Shown here in pieces: positions 1 to 9,980 of a stretch of DNA of 64,000 nucleotides. This DNA comes from a virus. The DNA lies in IMG/VR virus record IMGVR_UViG_3300021168_000001, positions 1-64,000 of that record; one strand, 5' to 3'. How positions within the stretch are numbered: the first letter of the stretch is position 1; each line of letters opens with the position of its first letter. The position numbers and the translations under genes were made by a program. The notes under the pieces are model-generated. The model saw only the letters and a list, made by a program, of their open reading frames with translations, was not told where the DNA came from and did no database searches.

Positions 1-50
1 CCCTATACACAGGTCGCAAGCAGTGGTTCGCGACGGAAAGCTGGTATTCG

Positions 51-488
51 ATGGAACACCTTGAAATGGTGACGAAGTGTATTGATCAACTAAAGCGTAA
101 GACCGAAGGCGAGCCGCGAGCACTGGCCGATATCATTGACAACAATTTGCAGGCTGCCCTTTCGGAAACTAGAGCGGAGGCAGGGAAAGACACAGGCAAA
201 TATAAAAGAGCAGCCGACGATCTTCTCTCTGCCCTTGTCGCGATCGAAGAGTTGTTCACCAAAGAACCTTTAATGCTCGTTCGTCCCTTCAATCACAAAT
301 ACCGGATCACCAATGGCGATCAGGAGCGCATTGACGCTGCCTTCGACAAGTCGAAGCGGGCCATACACGACTACCGCACGATTCTGGCGCCCCAGCCAAT
401 ATTGCAGCAACTAGAAGCTGAACGCGATCCCGCTGCCACCTCCGCCTCAATCGATGCCCCTCTTGAATCCCGAGAAAGGCGCTGGTGA
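51..488 (+). CDS. hypothetical protein
   Basis: 145-aa ORF co-oriented with the early arm; no motif recognised. Confidence 0.55.
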   Translation: MEHLEMVTKCIDQLKRKTEGEPRALADIIDNNLQAALSETRAEAGKDTGKYKRAADDLLSALVAIEELFTKEPLMLVRPFNHKYRITNGDQERIDAAFDKSKRAIHDYRTILAPQPILQQLEAERDPAATSASIDAPLESRERRW

Positions 489-538
489 TACACTTCTGTT
501 TTTCCAATCCTTCCAGCCAAACTTGAAAGGCCTTCCAA

Positions 539-2488
539 ATGCGTTTGCCATATCTCAGGATTGTCAATTTTCGGAATATCGCAGAGGCCACTCTCGACAT
601 CGGAGACAATAAACTCGTTGTCGTCCTGGGCCTCAATCATTCTGGCAAATCAGGAATCCGCCAGGCCATCTCCGTCCTCTTCACAGATAGCACCGAAGGT
701 CTCGATCCACTCGGCCGCGGATTTGTGAAGAAGATCCGCCGAGGCACTCCCAAGTCAGAGATTACCGGCGACATCCAGGGTGACGTTCACAAGCTTCGCC
801 GGCGTGTAACACTCAACACGACAGCCACCGGCCGCGAGAGCAAGACCACCTGCATCGACGATCCCGATTGGCATCCATTGCCTTTCGAACGGCTGCTCGA
901 GCTCCACCGCCCCGCCCTATCCGTTATCCTCAACACCGACAACTTTCTGCTGAGTCTAGATGAAGCCAAACAAAAGACATTGCTATCGTCGCTGGTCCTT
1001 CCCGCTGAATATGAGTTTCCGGCTGACAAGATCGCCGAGGTGGAACGTCTTCTTGGCAAGGGCGCGGTTAACTTCACAGGCGAACCATTGCTTGCGATCG
1101 ATACGGCCTACAAGAAGCTGTACAAGGAACGCGAGACGGCCAACCGGAGGGTGAGGGAATTCTCCATCCCGGATCCGCTGCCGCTGCCGAACCTCATACT
1201 GGTGAGCAGCGATACTCCAGCATCCGAATCCCGGTCCACCGATTCGAAAAGACTGCAGGAGGAACTAGAGAGCCTGCGCTCGAAACGGCGGACCATCGCG
1301 CAGGAACGCGATGCAGAACAGAGCAAGGTAGCCAATGCAAACCTCGAAGCGAACAAACTCGACCAGCGTCTCAAAAGTATTGACGACAAAATCGGCGACG
1401 AAGACAAGCGCCTCAAGGAAATCAACACCAAGATCATCGATGACGATAGATTGCAAGGCCTCAGGACCATCATTTCCCAAAAGCCGAAGCGAGAAGCTAT
1501 TCGCGCACAGCGGGCACAGAATGCTGCAACCATCGGCGTATGCGATCCGCAGCTCGTCAAGCTGCAAAACCTACGTGAAGCCGGCAATACAACCTGCCCG
1601 GTATGCGATCAGGCCATCGATCTCGCAAAGCTTGATTCGATCATCGCAGAGCTTCAGAGAGACTTGAACAATCTGAAGCGCAAAGACTCCGAGTTTGTCG
1701 GTGAAGAAGCTATGATCGGCAATATCGAACAGGCCGAGTCGACAGTTCGGGCGCATGAAGAAGCGGCCAGCGACAAGAAGGCCATCCAGAGCAAAATTGC
1801 TGAACTCAACAAACAGCGCACTAAAGCCAAAAAGGATGTGGAGACTAAGCAGGTCCTCACGCTGTCTTCAGACTTTGCGAATCAGATTGCCGGGCTCGAT
1901 GACAGTATCCAGAAGCTAGAAGCTGACATCCGGCCGATCATCGTTGCCGAGAGCCGAGCCATTGAGATCAAGCAGAAGACAGAGGAACTCGAGGTCCTGC
2001 GCACCAAGGCCAAGGATCTCGACAGTATGGTTGAATACTTCGGCAAGGACGGCGTGAAGGCCGAGCTTCTTGGCAAGCACATCGGCAGCTTCACCGAACA
2101 GGTAAACCATGTTCTGGCTGCCTGGGGCTACAAAGGATCGTTCACCATCGAACCGTACGAATTCAGCGTTACCAATTCTCTCGGGGTCACCAGCCCGGTC
2201 GAGGAGCTCTCTGACTCGGAGAAGCTGATTTTCTCGATCGCGATGCAGTGCGCCGTCAGTAAGCAATCCCAGATCGGCCTGGTAGTCTGCGACCGCATGG
2301 ATACGTTTCTTCCCGAGGAGCGAGCCAAGGTCAACGCCTGCCTCTATACGATGCTGGTCGAGGGGTACCTCGATCAAGTATGGCTCATTGCCTCCAATGA
2401 AACATTCGATGTCCCAGAGTGGGCGCGGAAGCCAGAAGCACGCGCAATCTTCTATGTAGTAGAGAACGGAGTCGTTGCGAAACTATGA
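539..2488 (+). CDS. SbcC/Rad50-like (SMC-type) ABC ATPase with coiled coil and zinc hook
   Basis: N-terminal LRIVNFRN, Walker A GLNHSGKS, long coiled coil with central CPVC hook, signature LSDSE, Walker-B-like VVCDRMD. Confidence 0.85.
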   Translation: MRLPYLRIVNFRNIAEATLDIGDNKLVVVLGLNHSGKSGIRQAISVLFTDSTEGLDPLGRGFVKKIRRGTPKSEITGDIQGDVHKLRRRVTLNTTATGRESKTTCIDDPDWHPLPFERLLELHRPALSVILNTDNFLLSLDEAKQKTLLSSLVLPAEYEFPADKIAEVERLLGKGAVNFTGEPLLAIDTAYKKLYKERETANRRVREFSIPDPLPLPNLILVSSDTPASESRSTDSKRLQEELESLRSKRRTIAQERDAEQSKVANANLEANKLDQRLKSIDDKIGDEDKRLKEINTKIIDDDRLQGLRTIISQKPKREAIRAQRAQNAATIGVCDPQLVKLQNLREAGNTTCPVCDQAIDLAKLDSIIAELQRDLNNLKRKDSEFVGEEAMIGNIEQAESTVRAHEEAASDKKAIQSKIAELNKQRTKAKKDVETKQVLTLSSDFANQIAGLDDSIQKLEADIRPIIVAESRAIEIKQKTEELEVLRTKAKDLDSMVEYFGKDGVKAELLGKHIGSFTEQVNHVLAAWGYKGSFTIEPYEFSVTNSLGVTSPVEELSDSEKLIFSIAMQCAVSKQSQIGLVVCDRMDTFLPEERAKVNACLYTMLVEGYLDQVWLIASNETFDVPEWARKPEARAIFYVVENGVVAKL

Positions 2489-2964
2489 TACGCAGAGCCG
2501 CTCCACTTTCACTGGACACGCGACAAAAGATGTTCGCTGTCATGTTCATTCCACGCTCTGGCCTCTTCTATTCCGGAGGCGGCCGGTTTGTAGACGGCGA
2601 TGATAATCCGGTGGCGTGGAATCAAAGCATTTTGGTGAGACGTACATTCGAAGCGGCCGATCAATCTCGCAAAGATCGGCAGGCTAAGTTTGCTGGCCAA
2701 GGCGATCAGATTGTCATAACCGCTTTCATCGAATGTCTCCCAGAGGAGGACGATCCAGTTCCTTCGGATGCGGAATATCAGCGGGCCATCGAAGTGGCCA
2801 AAGACATTCTGAATCGTCCCAGGGCCACAGACTTTATGGAGTGCGACACATGCCGGGCCAAACCCGGGTCGCCTCCGCTCTGCATAGGATGCCTCCACAA
2901 CCGGTCAATGATGAACAACCTGGCTCTGCTAAGCCGGCAACTCCTACGCAGGTCGCCCAAATGA
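2485..2964 (+). CDS. hypothetical protein with C-terminal Cys motif (CDTC..CIGC..H)
   Basis: ATGA overlap with the upstream stop at 2485-2488 and with the next gene at 2961-2964. Confidence 0.6.
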   Translation: MIRRAAPLSLDTRQKMFAVMFIPRSGLFYSGGGRFVDGDDNPVAWNQSILVRRTFEAADQSRKDRQAKFAGQGDQIVITAFIECLPEEDDPVPSDAEYQRAIEVAKDILNRPRATDFMECDTCRAKPGSPPLCIGCLHNRSMMNNLALLSRQLLRRSPK

Positions 2965-3641
2965 TCGAACAGCCAATCACGATGACCGACGAATCCGTAT
3001 CCGCCATCTTCGCCGGCCGCAAGACGCAGACTAGGCGCGCCATCGAACCGCAGCCAGACTGGGACAAAGAAGATGTAACAACTGCGCGGATCACCGGCAT
3101 TTTGGCATTCCCAATTGGCAAAGTCTACGGCCAGCAAAACGGGCCACCGATATTCGTGAACGGATTCAAAGACGGCATCTATGGCATTGTCAACAATTAC
3201 CCGGTCAGCTCTCATGCCTGGGTAAAAGAGACCTTTGCTCTAATTGAGTGCGGCGGGAAGCGCGGAATCGCTTATCGCACTGACGGCATCATTGATCTTG
3301 ATCGCGGAGAGCGGTGGCTCTCGCCGCTGTTTATGGCTCGATATCATTCGCGGCTTACGCTCGAGATTACCGACGTGCGCGTGGAGCGCGTTCAGGCCAT
3401 CAGCGAGGCGGACTGCATCGCCGAAGGTGTTGAACGGGATCGGAGCGGCTTCAAATGCTACCGTCGAATCCTCGAAGGTCCGCACACCGGCCATGCCCAT
3501 CCATACAACGTCATCCCCAACAAATCGGCGATCATCAGCTACCAAGAGATGTGGGATGCGATCAACGGCAAACGCAAAGGCGGCGCCTACGCGTGGGCTA
3601 AGGATCCATGGGTCTTCGCCTACACGTTTAGGAGGCTCTAG
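2961..3641 (+). CDS. ASCH/PUA-like phage protein
   Basis: AIFAGRKTQTRR, WVKETF, SRLTLEITDVRVERVQAISEADCIAEG, W..DPWVFAYTF; start corrected to the ATG at 2961. Confidence 0.8.
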   Translation: MIEQPITMTDESVSAIFAGRKTQTRRAIEPQPDWDKEDVTTARITGILAFPIGKVYGQQNGPPIFVNGFKDGIYGIVNNYPVSSHAWVKETFALIECGGKRGIAYRTDGIIDLDRGERWLSPLFMARYHSRLTLEITDVRVERVQAISEADCIAEGVERDRSGFKCYRRILEGPHTGHAHPYNVIPNKSAIISYQEMWDAINGKRKGGAYAWAKDPWVFAYTFRRL

Positions 3642-3823
3642 TGATCGCCAAAATCTTCCATGGACTGGCTGGGTTGTTTGTAATGCTTCTTTCCGCCATT
3701 GGGTTTGCGGACATAGTTACTCTCATCATTCCTTGGCGGAAAATCTCAACTCATCAGAGAATCGTACTTGCGGTCATCTTTGTTTTGATCTGGGCAGCAT
3801 TTCTGCTCACGGATAGAAGGTAG
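3641..3823 (+). CDS. small two-TM membrane protein
   Basis: 60 aa with two hydrophobic stretches; tightly packed in the operon. Confidence 0.6.
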   Translation: MIAKIFHGLAGLFVMLLSAIGFADIVTLIIPWRKISTHQRIVLAVIFVLIWAAFLLTDRR

Positions 3824-3825
3824 CC

Positions 3826-4224
3826 ATGCCGCTTCTGAACTTCAAACCACAGTTCGTCGAACCCATTAGAGCGACACGGAAGCGTCACACAATCCGCGGT
3901 GATCGCAAGATACCGATAAAAGTCGGCGACAAACTGTACCTCTATTGTGGTGCCAGGACAAAGAGATGCTTCCGCATCCTTCCGAATCCGGTGATATGCA
4001 CTAAGGTCCAGCGCATCACAATCCTGGAAGACCGGAGTCTTCGTCGATACATCGCGATCGAGGGAATACGACTCGACAAAGATGAGCGCGAAGCGCTTGC
4101 TCGCGCAGATGGATTTGATGACTTTACGACAATGATGCGCTTTTGGGACGGCCGGCTTCCGTTCGAAGGCCAGATTATTCACTGGAAAACGCCAACGAGC
4201 ACAATCAGCACCGAAAGTATGTGA
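3826..4224 (+). CDS. ASCH-domain protein
   Basis: LNFKPQFVEPI..RKRHTIR..GDKLYLY..R, ARADGF, IIHW. Confidence 0.75.
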   Translation: MPLLNFKPQFVEPIRATRKRHTIRGDRKIPIKVGDKLYLYCGARTKRCFRILPNPVICTKVQRITILEDRSLRRYIAIEGIRLDKDEREALARADGFDDFTTMMRFWDGRLPFEGQIIHWKTPTSTISTESM

Positions 4225-4233
4225 GGACCGCAA

Positions 4234-4956
4234 ATGTTGATACTCGGTCTGGATTTTGAAACTAGTGGCTTAGATCCGGCGAAAGATCGGATTATTGAAG
4301 CCGGCGCAGTGTTGTGGCATTGGGAAACAAAGACACCATTGCAGCTGCTTTCTGCCTTGATCCTTCCACCAAATCCAATCTCCGAGGAGATCACAAAAAT
4401 CACCGGAATTACTAACGAGATGCTGTCGCGCTATGGTCACAATGAGACCGACGTCATGCGCAGGTTCGACGAGTTTCTCGGCTGGGCTAACTGCGCCATG
4501 GCCCATTCGGCTACTTCAGACTTTGATAAGGTATTTTACGATCACTCATGCGCAAGGACTGCGATCCCAACGCGAGACATTATCTGGGTAAATACGGCGG
4601 TCGACATCGTCTACGATGAGCGAATCACGACGCGCAACCTTCAATATCTCGCGGCGGACCACTCATTCGTGAATCCATGGAGGCACAGAGCGGTATTCGA
4701 CGTTCTGACCATGCTTCGAATTGCGAGTGACTACGACCTTGAGAAGATGATAGCCAGAGCGCGCGAGCCGATGGTATATGTCCAGGCTCTCGTGAGCTAC
4801 GATCAGCGAGAACTCGCCAAGGCCCGCGGCTATTGGTGGCACCCACAACTGAAGATCTGGTGGAAGCCATTGAAACTGTCAGACTCTGTGATCGAGCGAG
4901 AGACCTGCGGGTTCAGGACCTCAATGCTGCTCAACAAACCGGAGGATACGAAATGA
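4234..4956 (+). CDS. DEDDh 3'-5' exonuclease (DnaQ-like) with short C-terminal domain
   Basis: LDFETSG (ExoI), AH..FD (ExoII), HRAVFD (ExoIII); C-terminal SYDQRELAKARGYWW..KIWW. Confidence 0.85.
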   Translation: MLILGLDFETSGLDPAKDRIIEAGAVLWHWETKTPLQLLSALILPPNPISEEITKITGITNEMLSRYGHNETDVMRRFDEFLGWANCAMAHSATSDFDKVFYDHSCARTAIPTRDIIWVNTAVDIVYDERITTRNLQYLAADHSFVNPWRHRAVFDVLTMLRIASDYDLEKMIARAREPMVYVQALVSYDQRELAKARGYWWHPQLKIWWKPLKLSDSVIERETCGFRTSMLLNKPEDTK

Positions 4957-5225
4957 TGCAGATCGATATCCAGGACTGGAAGATAAACCGCGAGGTACGT
5001 CTCATTGAAGAACTGGAAGGATCGAGTCTCGACGCAGGAGAATTTTACACCACGGCCACCGAAGCCGAGATTCGAGAAGCCGCCGGCCTGATCCCTAACG
5101 ACCCACATGAGGCGCGAAGAGGATTTAAAGCGCTCGAAGCAAAATTGCCTCCGCCAAGGATCGGCGGCAACTTGGCCCACATCCATCCCTATTGGGAAGA
5201 GCACGGCTGGAAAGTAGACAAATAA
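4953..5225 (+). CDS. hypothetical protein
   Basis: GGAGG RBS and ATGA overlap with the exonuclease stop. Confidence 0.6.
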   Translation: MMQIDIQDWKINREVRLIEELEGSSLDAGEFYTTATEAEIREAAGLIPNDPHEARRGFKALEAKLPPPRIGGNLAHIHPYWEEHGWKVDK

Positions 5226-5411
5226 ATGAGACCCCGCTCTTTTGTTTTCTGCCTCGAGTGCGCATATCGCGGTTATACGAACGGTGATGCTTCCGAAGCT
5301 CTGGCCAAGCACAAGCGTAATGACTGTCCGTTTCGCTGCAAACACGAACGGCTAAACGAAGAGGGCGTGTGCCGCAGCTGCGGCGAAGATTGCAGAGGCA
5401 TCCATTCATGA
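5226..5411 (+). CDS. small Cys/His-rich protein
   Basis: CLEC, H..C..C.H, CRSC; abuts both neighbours. Confidence 0.55.
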   Translation: MRPRSFVFCLECAYRGYTNGDASEALAKHKRNDCPFRCKHERLNEEGVCRSCGEDCRGIHS

Positions 5412-6016
5412 CGCCACACGACTACATCAAAGCCGCGCGCGTTCCTGAATCTCTGGAGCCTCAGTCCTTCCGCCTCTGGACGATCAGGCGACAGAACTGC
5501 GCAAATGTACTTCCGGTTTTCAAGCGTTGGATAGGATTCGAGTCGATGACGCTTCTCTACCGCTTCACCGATGGCACGATGCACACTGAGTTCGGCGAAG
5601 TGGTGATGGAAGATTCCCTTCGCGAGCTCCGGCGCCATCTTCCAATCTGGCTATGCGCCAAGGGCAAAGTCCTAGTCAGTGGGCTCGGCCTCGGCTGCGT
5701 TGTTCGCGGTTTGCTGGCATCTCCTAGCGTTGAAAACATCACCGTGGTTGAGATTGATCCAGACATCCTTCGTGTGGTTGGTCCGGAGTTCCATGCAAAT
5801 GATCGCGTCACACTTATCGAGGGAGACGCGCTGAAAGTGAAACTTGGCGGCGACTTCGACTACGCGTGGCACGATATCTGTACGAACGGTGACATACATC
5901 TTCAGGTCCTGCACGCCAGACTGATACACCGGTTCCATCCTCGATGCCGCATCCAGGGAGCCTGGCAGCTACCGCGGCCGTTCAAGCGCAAGGCTCCAGA
6001 TTGGGTACTGAGATGA
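5408..6016 (+). CDS. class I SAM-binding protein (methyltransferase/spermidine-synthase-like fold)
   Basis: VLVSGLGLG (motif I), ITVVEID, IEGDA, FDYAWHDI; start corrected to 5408. Confidence 0.75.
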   Translation: MTPHDYIKAARVPESLEPQSFRLWTIRRQNCANVLPVFKRWIGFESMTLLYRFTDGTMHTEFGEVVMEDSLRELRRHLPIWLCAKGKVLVSGLGLGCVVRGLLASPSVENITVVEIDPDILRVVGPEFHANDRVTLIEGDALKVKLGGDFDYAWHDICTNGDIHLQVLHARLIHRFHPRCRIQGAWQLPRPFKRKAPDWVLR

Positions 6017-6363
6017 GCGATCAGAAGACTACCGCCGAGATGGTTGAAGAGATTATGGCTCTCGATTGCGCGCGCTATCCCGAGTGGACTCTGGCAGACA
6101 AATTTGCGCAGCGACAATGGGTAACAAATATCATCGACCGAACAGTGGTGGCATCAATCGATTTGTCTTTTTGCAGCGCCAATCGCGGTGACGACTGGGG
6201 CTGCTTTACATCTGCCCGAATCGCGGCCAACTACGCTTTCATGATCAGGCCTGACCTCCGGGAACCGCGCTCCTGGTCAGCTCCAGAAGCAATGCAGTGG
6301 CGAGGCAGGATCGGCGGAAGATGGTTCCCCGGTTACGAGTGGCCTTCGCGGGAAGTGCAGTGA
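6013..6363 (+). CDS. hypothetical protein
   Basis: ATGA overlap at 6013-6016. Confidence 0.55.
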   Translation: MSDQKTTAEMVEEIMALDCARYPEWTLADKFAQRQWVTNIIDRTVVASIDLSFCSANRGDDWGCFTSARIAANYAFMIRPDLREPRSWSAPEAMQWRGRIGGRWFPGYEWPSREVQ

Positions 6364-6387
6364 ATTTCGTTTTCGCAGACTGAATGC

Positions 6388-6416
6388 TTGACGCGACAAG
6401 GTGCATGGAATAATAT
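6388..6416 (+). promoter_or_regulatory. sigma70-like promoter
   Basis: TTGACG-N17-TAATAT in the only sizeable intergenic gap of the early arm. Confidence 0.6.
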
Positions 6417-6474
6417 TGCCCCAATCTTTGAAGTTGGATTCGGCGACTTTTCCGCAGCCAAGGTGTGTTCCCCG

Positions 6475-7017
6475 ATGTTCTCCTCCGACGATGTTCGTAC
6501 GCGCTGCCGCACTGTGTACGACAGTCAGGTAAAGCGCCACCGCGACAAACTCAACAAGGCAGCTGGTGTCCAACTCGACATTCCTTCAAATCAGGTACTC
6601 CCCTACGAATTTCAGGAATTCTTCGATTGGGTCTGGAACCGCTATCACGCCGACGTTCACAAGTGCCCTTGGTGTGAAGCCCCGATGGATTTTCGTTCCA
6701 TGCAATTCGATCACCCGATCCCGATCGACAGCGGCGGATCGATGGGTCTCGACAACCTTAACGGGATATGCAAAGGATGCAATGAACTTAAAGGCTCGCA
6801 GAATCCTGAGCAGTTCACAAAGCTACTCACTTTCCTGGGCACACTGCATCCTTCTCATCGCACCTATCTCGAGCAGCGCATCCGTGCCGGCGCCGTTGCC
6901 AACCGGATGCGCTGGTTTGATCACAAGAAGAAGGAGGGCGGCAAGGGGAAAACGCCGAAGCCGCTCGCGATCCAGCAACGCATGAACCTGGGCAGCGATG
7001 ATAAGCGCCCATTCTAA
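6475..7017 (+). CDS. HNH endonuclease-family protein
   Basis: CPWC..FDHPIP..GG..NL..CKGCNELKG; the ORF-track TTG start (6388) coincides with the -35 box, so the ATG at 6475 is preferred. Confidence 0.8.
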   Translation: MFSSDDVRTRCRTVYDSQVKRHRDKLNKAAGVQLDIPSNQVLPYEFQEFFDWVWNRYHADVHKCPWCEAPMDFRSMQFDHPIPIDSGGSMGLDNLNGICKGCNELKGSQNPEQFTKLLTFLGTLHPSHRTYLEQRIRAGAVANRMRWFDHKKKEGGKGKTPKPLAIQQRMNLGSDDKRPF

Positions 7018-7029
7018 GAAAGGATTCCG

Positions 7030-7674
7030 ATGGCAAAACAATTGAAAAAGCTGCCCGACTTCTTCAACGGTCACCGCAAAGAATGCCGGCTCATTAACTA
7101 CCAGGCTCTGGTCTCAAAGGGCGACGAGAAGCGCATCAAGCTCAGCGTCGAGATTATATTGTCAAATAAGAACGTCAAGCATTTGGCCGACCGATTCGTG
7201 CCGCTCTTCGGCCTCATGGAGAAGGAAGACAGCACCACCAACCTGGCCAAGGAAGCCGTCACCTGTGAAGAGATGACAGTCGATATTTTCGCTACCCCGG
7301 ACAGTTCGCGTGCCAGCAAAACGATCACGGCCTGCACGTTTCTCGACTTCAAACTGGTGGGAGCCGGTGAAAAGGACAAGCGTGAGGTGGCGCTCGAGTT
7401 CATCATCTACATGCCGGCCGACGCGGTTCTCAACGAGTGGGCTTTCAAGCACCTTCACAAGACATTCTTCATCGAGTCAGTTCCGGCTCAGAGGGAGCTG
7501 CCATTGACCACGTCGAAGCAGACCTCTCTTGCTGTCGTTCCAGCTAACGGAGCTGCGAAGGCCAACGGCAAGCCAGAGCCTGCTAAGAGCGGGCCGAAGG
7601 ATCTCGAGAAGCATCACCAGGCAGAAGTCGCCAAGGGCAATAAATCCAAGCCATCGCCAGCTGCAGTTCAGTAA
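7030..7674 (+). CDS. hypothetical protein
   Basis: AAGGA RBS, 214 aa, low-complexity C-terminal tail. Confidence 0.7.
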   Translation: MAKQLKKLPDFFNGHRKECRLINYQALVSKGDEKRIKLSVEIILSNKNVKHLADRFVPLFGLMEKEDSTTNLAKEAVTCEEMTVDIFATPDSSRASKTITACTFLDFKLVGAGEKDKREVALEFIIYMPADAVLNEWAFKHLHKTFFIESVPAQRELPLTTSKQTSLAVVPANGAAKANGKPEPAKSGPKDLEKHHQAEVAKGNKSKPSPAAVQ

Positions 7675-7682
7675 GGGTCTCA

Positions 7683-7883
7683 ATGCCAACCAAAGAAGTG
7701 ATGGACATCCGGGAAGCTGCCGAGTATCTCGGGATCAGTGCGGATACGCTCTACAAGTATCTCAAAGAGCGTATCCTCCCGGCCTTCAGGATGGGCAACC
7801 GCTGGAAGCTAAAGCGTTCTCTTCTCGATCAATGGATGGCGGAGCAATGCGATAAATATCAGGTAAGGAACGATGGCAAATGA
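7683..7883 (+). CDS. excisionase-like HTH DNA-binding protein
   Basis: MDIREAAEYLGISADTLYKY..LPAFRMGNRW. Confidence 0.85.
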   Translation: MPTKEVMDIREAAEYLGISADTLYKYLKERILPAFRMGNRWKLKRSLLDQWMAEQCDKYQVRNDGK

Positions 7884-8595
7884 CTACACAGCCGTGCCAG
7901 AACGATTGTGTCCGCATTGCGGGCAATCGTCATTGCGCGCACCTTTCTACGTCCGCAAGAATGGTAGGCTCTCGACATATTGCATTGAATGCGAGAAAGA
8001 TAAGGCGGCGGAACGATACACGGATCGAAAGAACAATCTAGCTCATAAAGTAGGGATTCTCTGTCTTTGCGGATGTGGACAGATAACACGAGTCTCAACC
8101 TCATCAGACCGCAATAGAGCAATCAAGGTTGGCGATCCATTGCCATACATCTATGGTCATTCGCGGCGCCTCTCATCCGTCGAATATGTCATTGAAGATC
8201 GTGGTTACAAGACGCCATGCTGGATTTGGCAACTTTCCAAGGACGACGAAGGCTATGGATTCATAACAGTCCCACCAAGGGAAAGCGGGTCTAGGTCTGG
8301 CCGCGCTCATGCTGTTTATTACGAAAGGCGATTTGGTCCCATCCCTGAAGGAATGATCCCGGACCATCTCTGCCGCGTCCATTCTTGCGTAAATCCAGAT
8401 CATATAGAGCCGGTCACTCCTGCGGTTAATACGAGACGCGGACTCTCAGCCAAACTAGATGAACAGGCGGTTGCAGAAATCAGACGCGCATTGCGGCTCG
8501 GTGAAAAGCAATATTCTCTGGCTGAGCGGTTTGGGGTTACCCAAACGATGGTGAGTCGGATAAAACTCAACAAAGCATGGGTTGGTGTGGAGTGA
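7873..8595 (+). CDS. HNH homing endonuclease with Zn motifs and C-terminal HTH
   Basis: CLCGCG, CWIW, GYG, RAH, DHLCRVHSCVNPDH..N, LAERFGVTQTMVSRI. Confidence 0.85.
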   Translation: MANDYTAVPERLCPHCGQSSLRAPFYVRKNGRLSTYCIECEKDKAAERYTDRKNNLAHKVGILCLCGCGQITRVSTSSDRNRAIKVGDPLPYIYGHSRRLSSVEYVIEDRGYKTPCWIWQLSKDDEGYGFITVPPRESGSRSGRAHAVYYERRFGPIPEGMIPDHLCRVHSCVNPDHIEPVTPAVNTRRGLSAKLDEQAVAEIRRALRLGEKQYSLAERFGVTQTMVSRIKLNKAWVGVE

Positions 8596-9980
8596 GCGAC
8601 TACGAATATTCACTTCCAGCAGCGATCGATTCTGAGCGCGCAGTGCTTGGTGCTATTCTCCTGGACGATACATGCATTATCGAAGTCCAGGACAAGCTAG
8701 ATCCAGAAGATCTATATGTTAATTCCCATCAGCGTATCTTGCGACGGATGTATGAGCTTAACCAAGAGAAGATTGCAATCGATATTGTCACACTTTCAAA
8801 TAAACTCTCACAACACAAAGAAGTGGAATCTATAGGGGGTGTTGCTTTCCTCGCTTCACTCACCGAAAATCTCCCACGTCGTCCCGTGATTTCTGACTAT
8901 CTAAAAATAATCAAGGATAAGGCGCAGTTGCGGCGACTGATGTCCATTTGTTCAGCCGCCATCGCGCAAGCCGAGGACCAGAGCGACCCGGCACTGGACG
9001 TGTTGAGTGCTCTCTCCACTAAGATCGAAAACCAACTCACGAATGCCATCTCCGCAACATTTGAGCGTGCCGGCGATTTTCTTCACATCGAATTTCCCAC
9101 GCCGGAAAAGATGGTCGAGAAGAACGCTAGACAGACCGGCGTGGAAACTGGCTTTCGGCGCTTCGATGAAATGACATGCGGACTACAGCGCAAGGAACTC
9201 ATCATCATCGCCGCCAGACCCTCTATGGGAAAGACGTCACTCATGGGGGCGATCGCGGAACACGTGGGCCTGACCTGCGAGTCAATTGTGGGCATCAAGT
9301 CGCTCGAAATGTCGAAAGAGGCTCTGCTTCGCAGAATGATCTGCTCTCGGGCACGCGTCCCATCCCAGGACCACCGTAGCGGAGAAATGATCAATCACCC
9401 ACGCATGATGACCGACTTCGGCGAAGCCTACGAAGAGATCGCGCGTGCGTCGACCATCTACATCGATGACTCGCGCGACACCGCCAAAGGCATCGTTGTC
9501 AAGGCGCGGTCGATGAAGAAGAAACTCGGCCTGGACATTCTGATGATCGACTACCTTGGCCTGTTCCAGCACGATGACCGGAGAGGCGGCCATAACCAGA
9601 CGGCCGAAGTTGGGCTCGACTGCTTGATGATGAAGTGGCTGGCTCAGGAACTCGATATCCCCATAGTGCTCCTCTGCCAGCTCTCCCGTGCTCTTACTAA
9701 GCGTGAAGACAAACGGCCGGTCCTCGCCGATCTGCGCGACAGTGGCAACATCGAAGAGCACGCTGACATGGTGTCGTTCATTCACCGCGAAGGATACTAC
9801 GAACCGAAGGAAGAAAAGCTCAAGAATCAGGCCGAGTGGATCATCGCAAAACAAAGGAATGGCCCGGTGGGAACAATTGATCTTCACTGGGATGCGGAGT
9901 ACACCCGTCTTTCCGATCCGATCACGGCGGAGGACCTCAACACCCAAACTCAATACGACATGTGGAGTGCGATTCGATGA
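8592..9980 (+). CDS. dnaB: replicative DNA helicase
   Basis: ERAVLGAILLD, AARPSMGKT, SLEM, IDYL, QLSR, DLRDSGNIEEHAD, KQRNGPVG; GTG start overlapping the HNH stop. Confidence 0.95.
   Translation: MSDYEYSLPAAIDSERAVLGAILLDDTCIIEVQDKLDPEDLYVNSHQRILRRMYELNQEKIAIDIVTLSNKLSQHKEVESIGGVAFLASLTENLPRRPVISDYLKIIKDKAQLRRLMSICSAAIAQAEDQSDPALDVLSALSTKIENQLTNAISATFERAGDFLHIEFPTPEKMVEKNARQTGVETGFRRFDEMTCGLQRKELIIIAARPSMGKTSLMGAIAEHVGLTCESIVGIKSLEMSKEALLRRMICSRARVPSQDHRSGEMINHPRMMTDFGEAYEEIARASTIYIDDSRDTAKGIVVKARSMKKKLGLDILMIDYLGLFQHDDRRGGHNQTAEVGLDCLMMKWLAQELDIPIVLLCQLSRALTKREDKRPVLADLRDSGNIEEHADMVSFIHREGYYEPKEEKLKNQAEWIIAKQRNGPVGTIDLHWDAEYTRLSDPITAEDLNTQTQYDMWSAIR

Noticed and set aside
7683-7883. Xis-like gene as proof of an integration module
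   Set aside because: No integrase, repressor or att site was identified in the window, so lifestyle cannot be called
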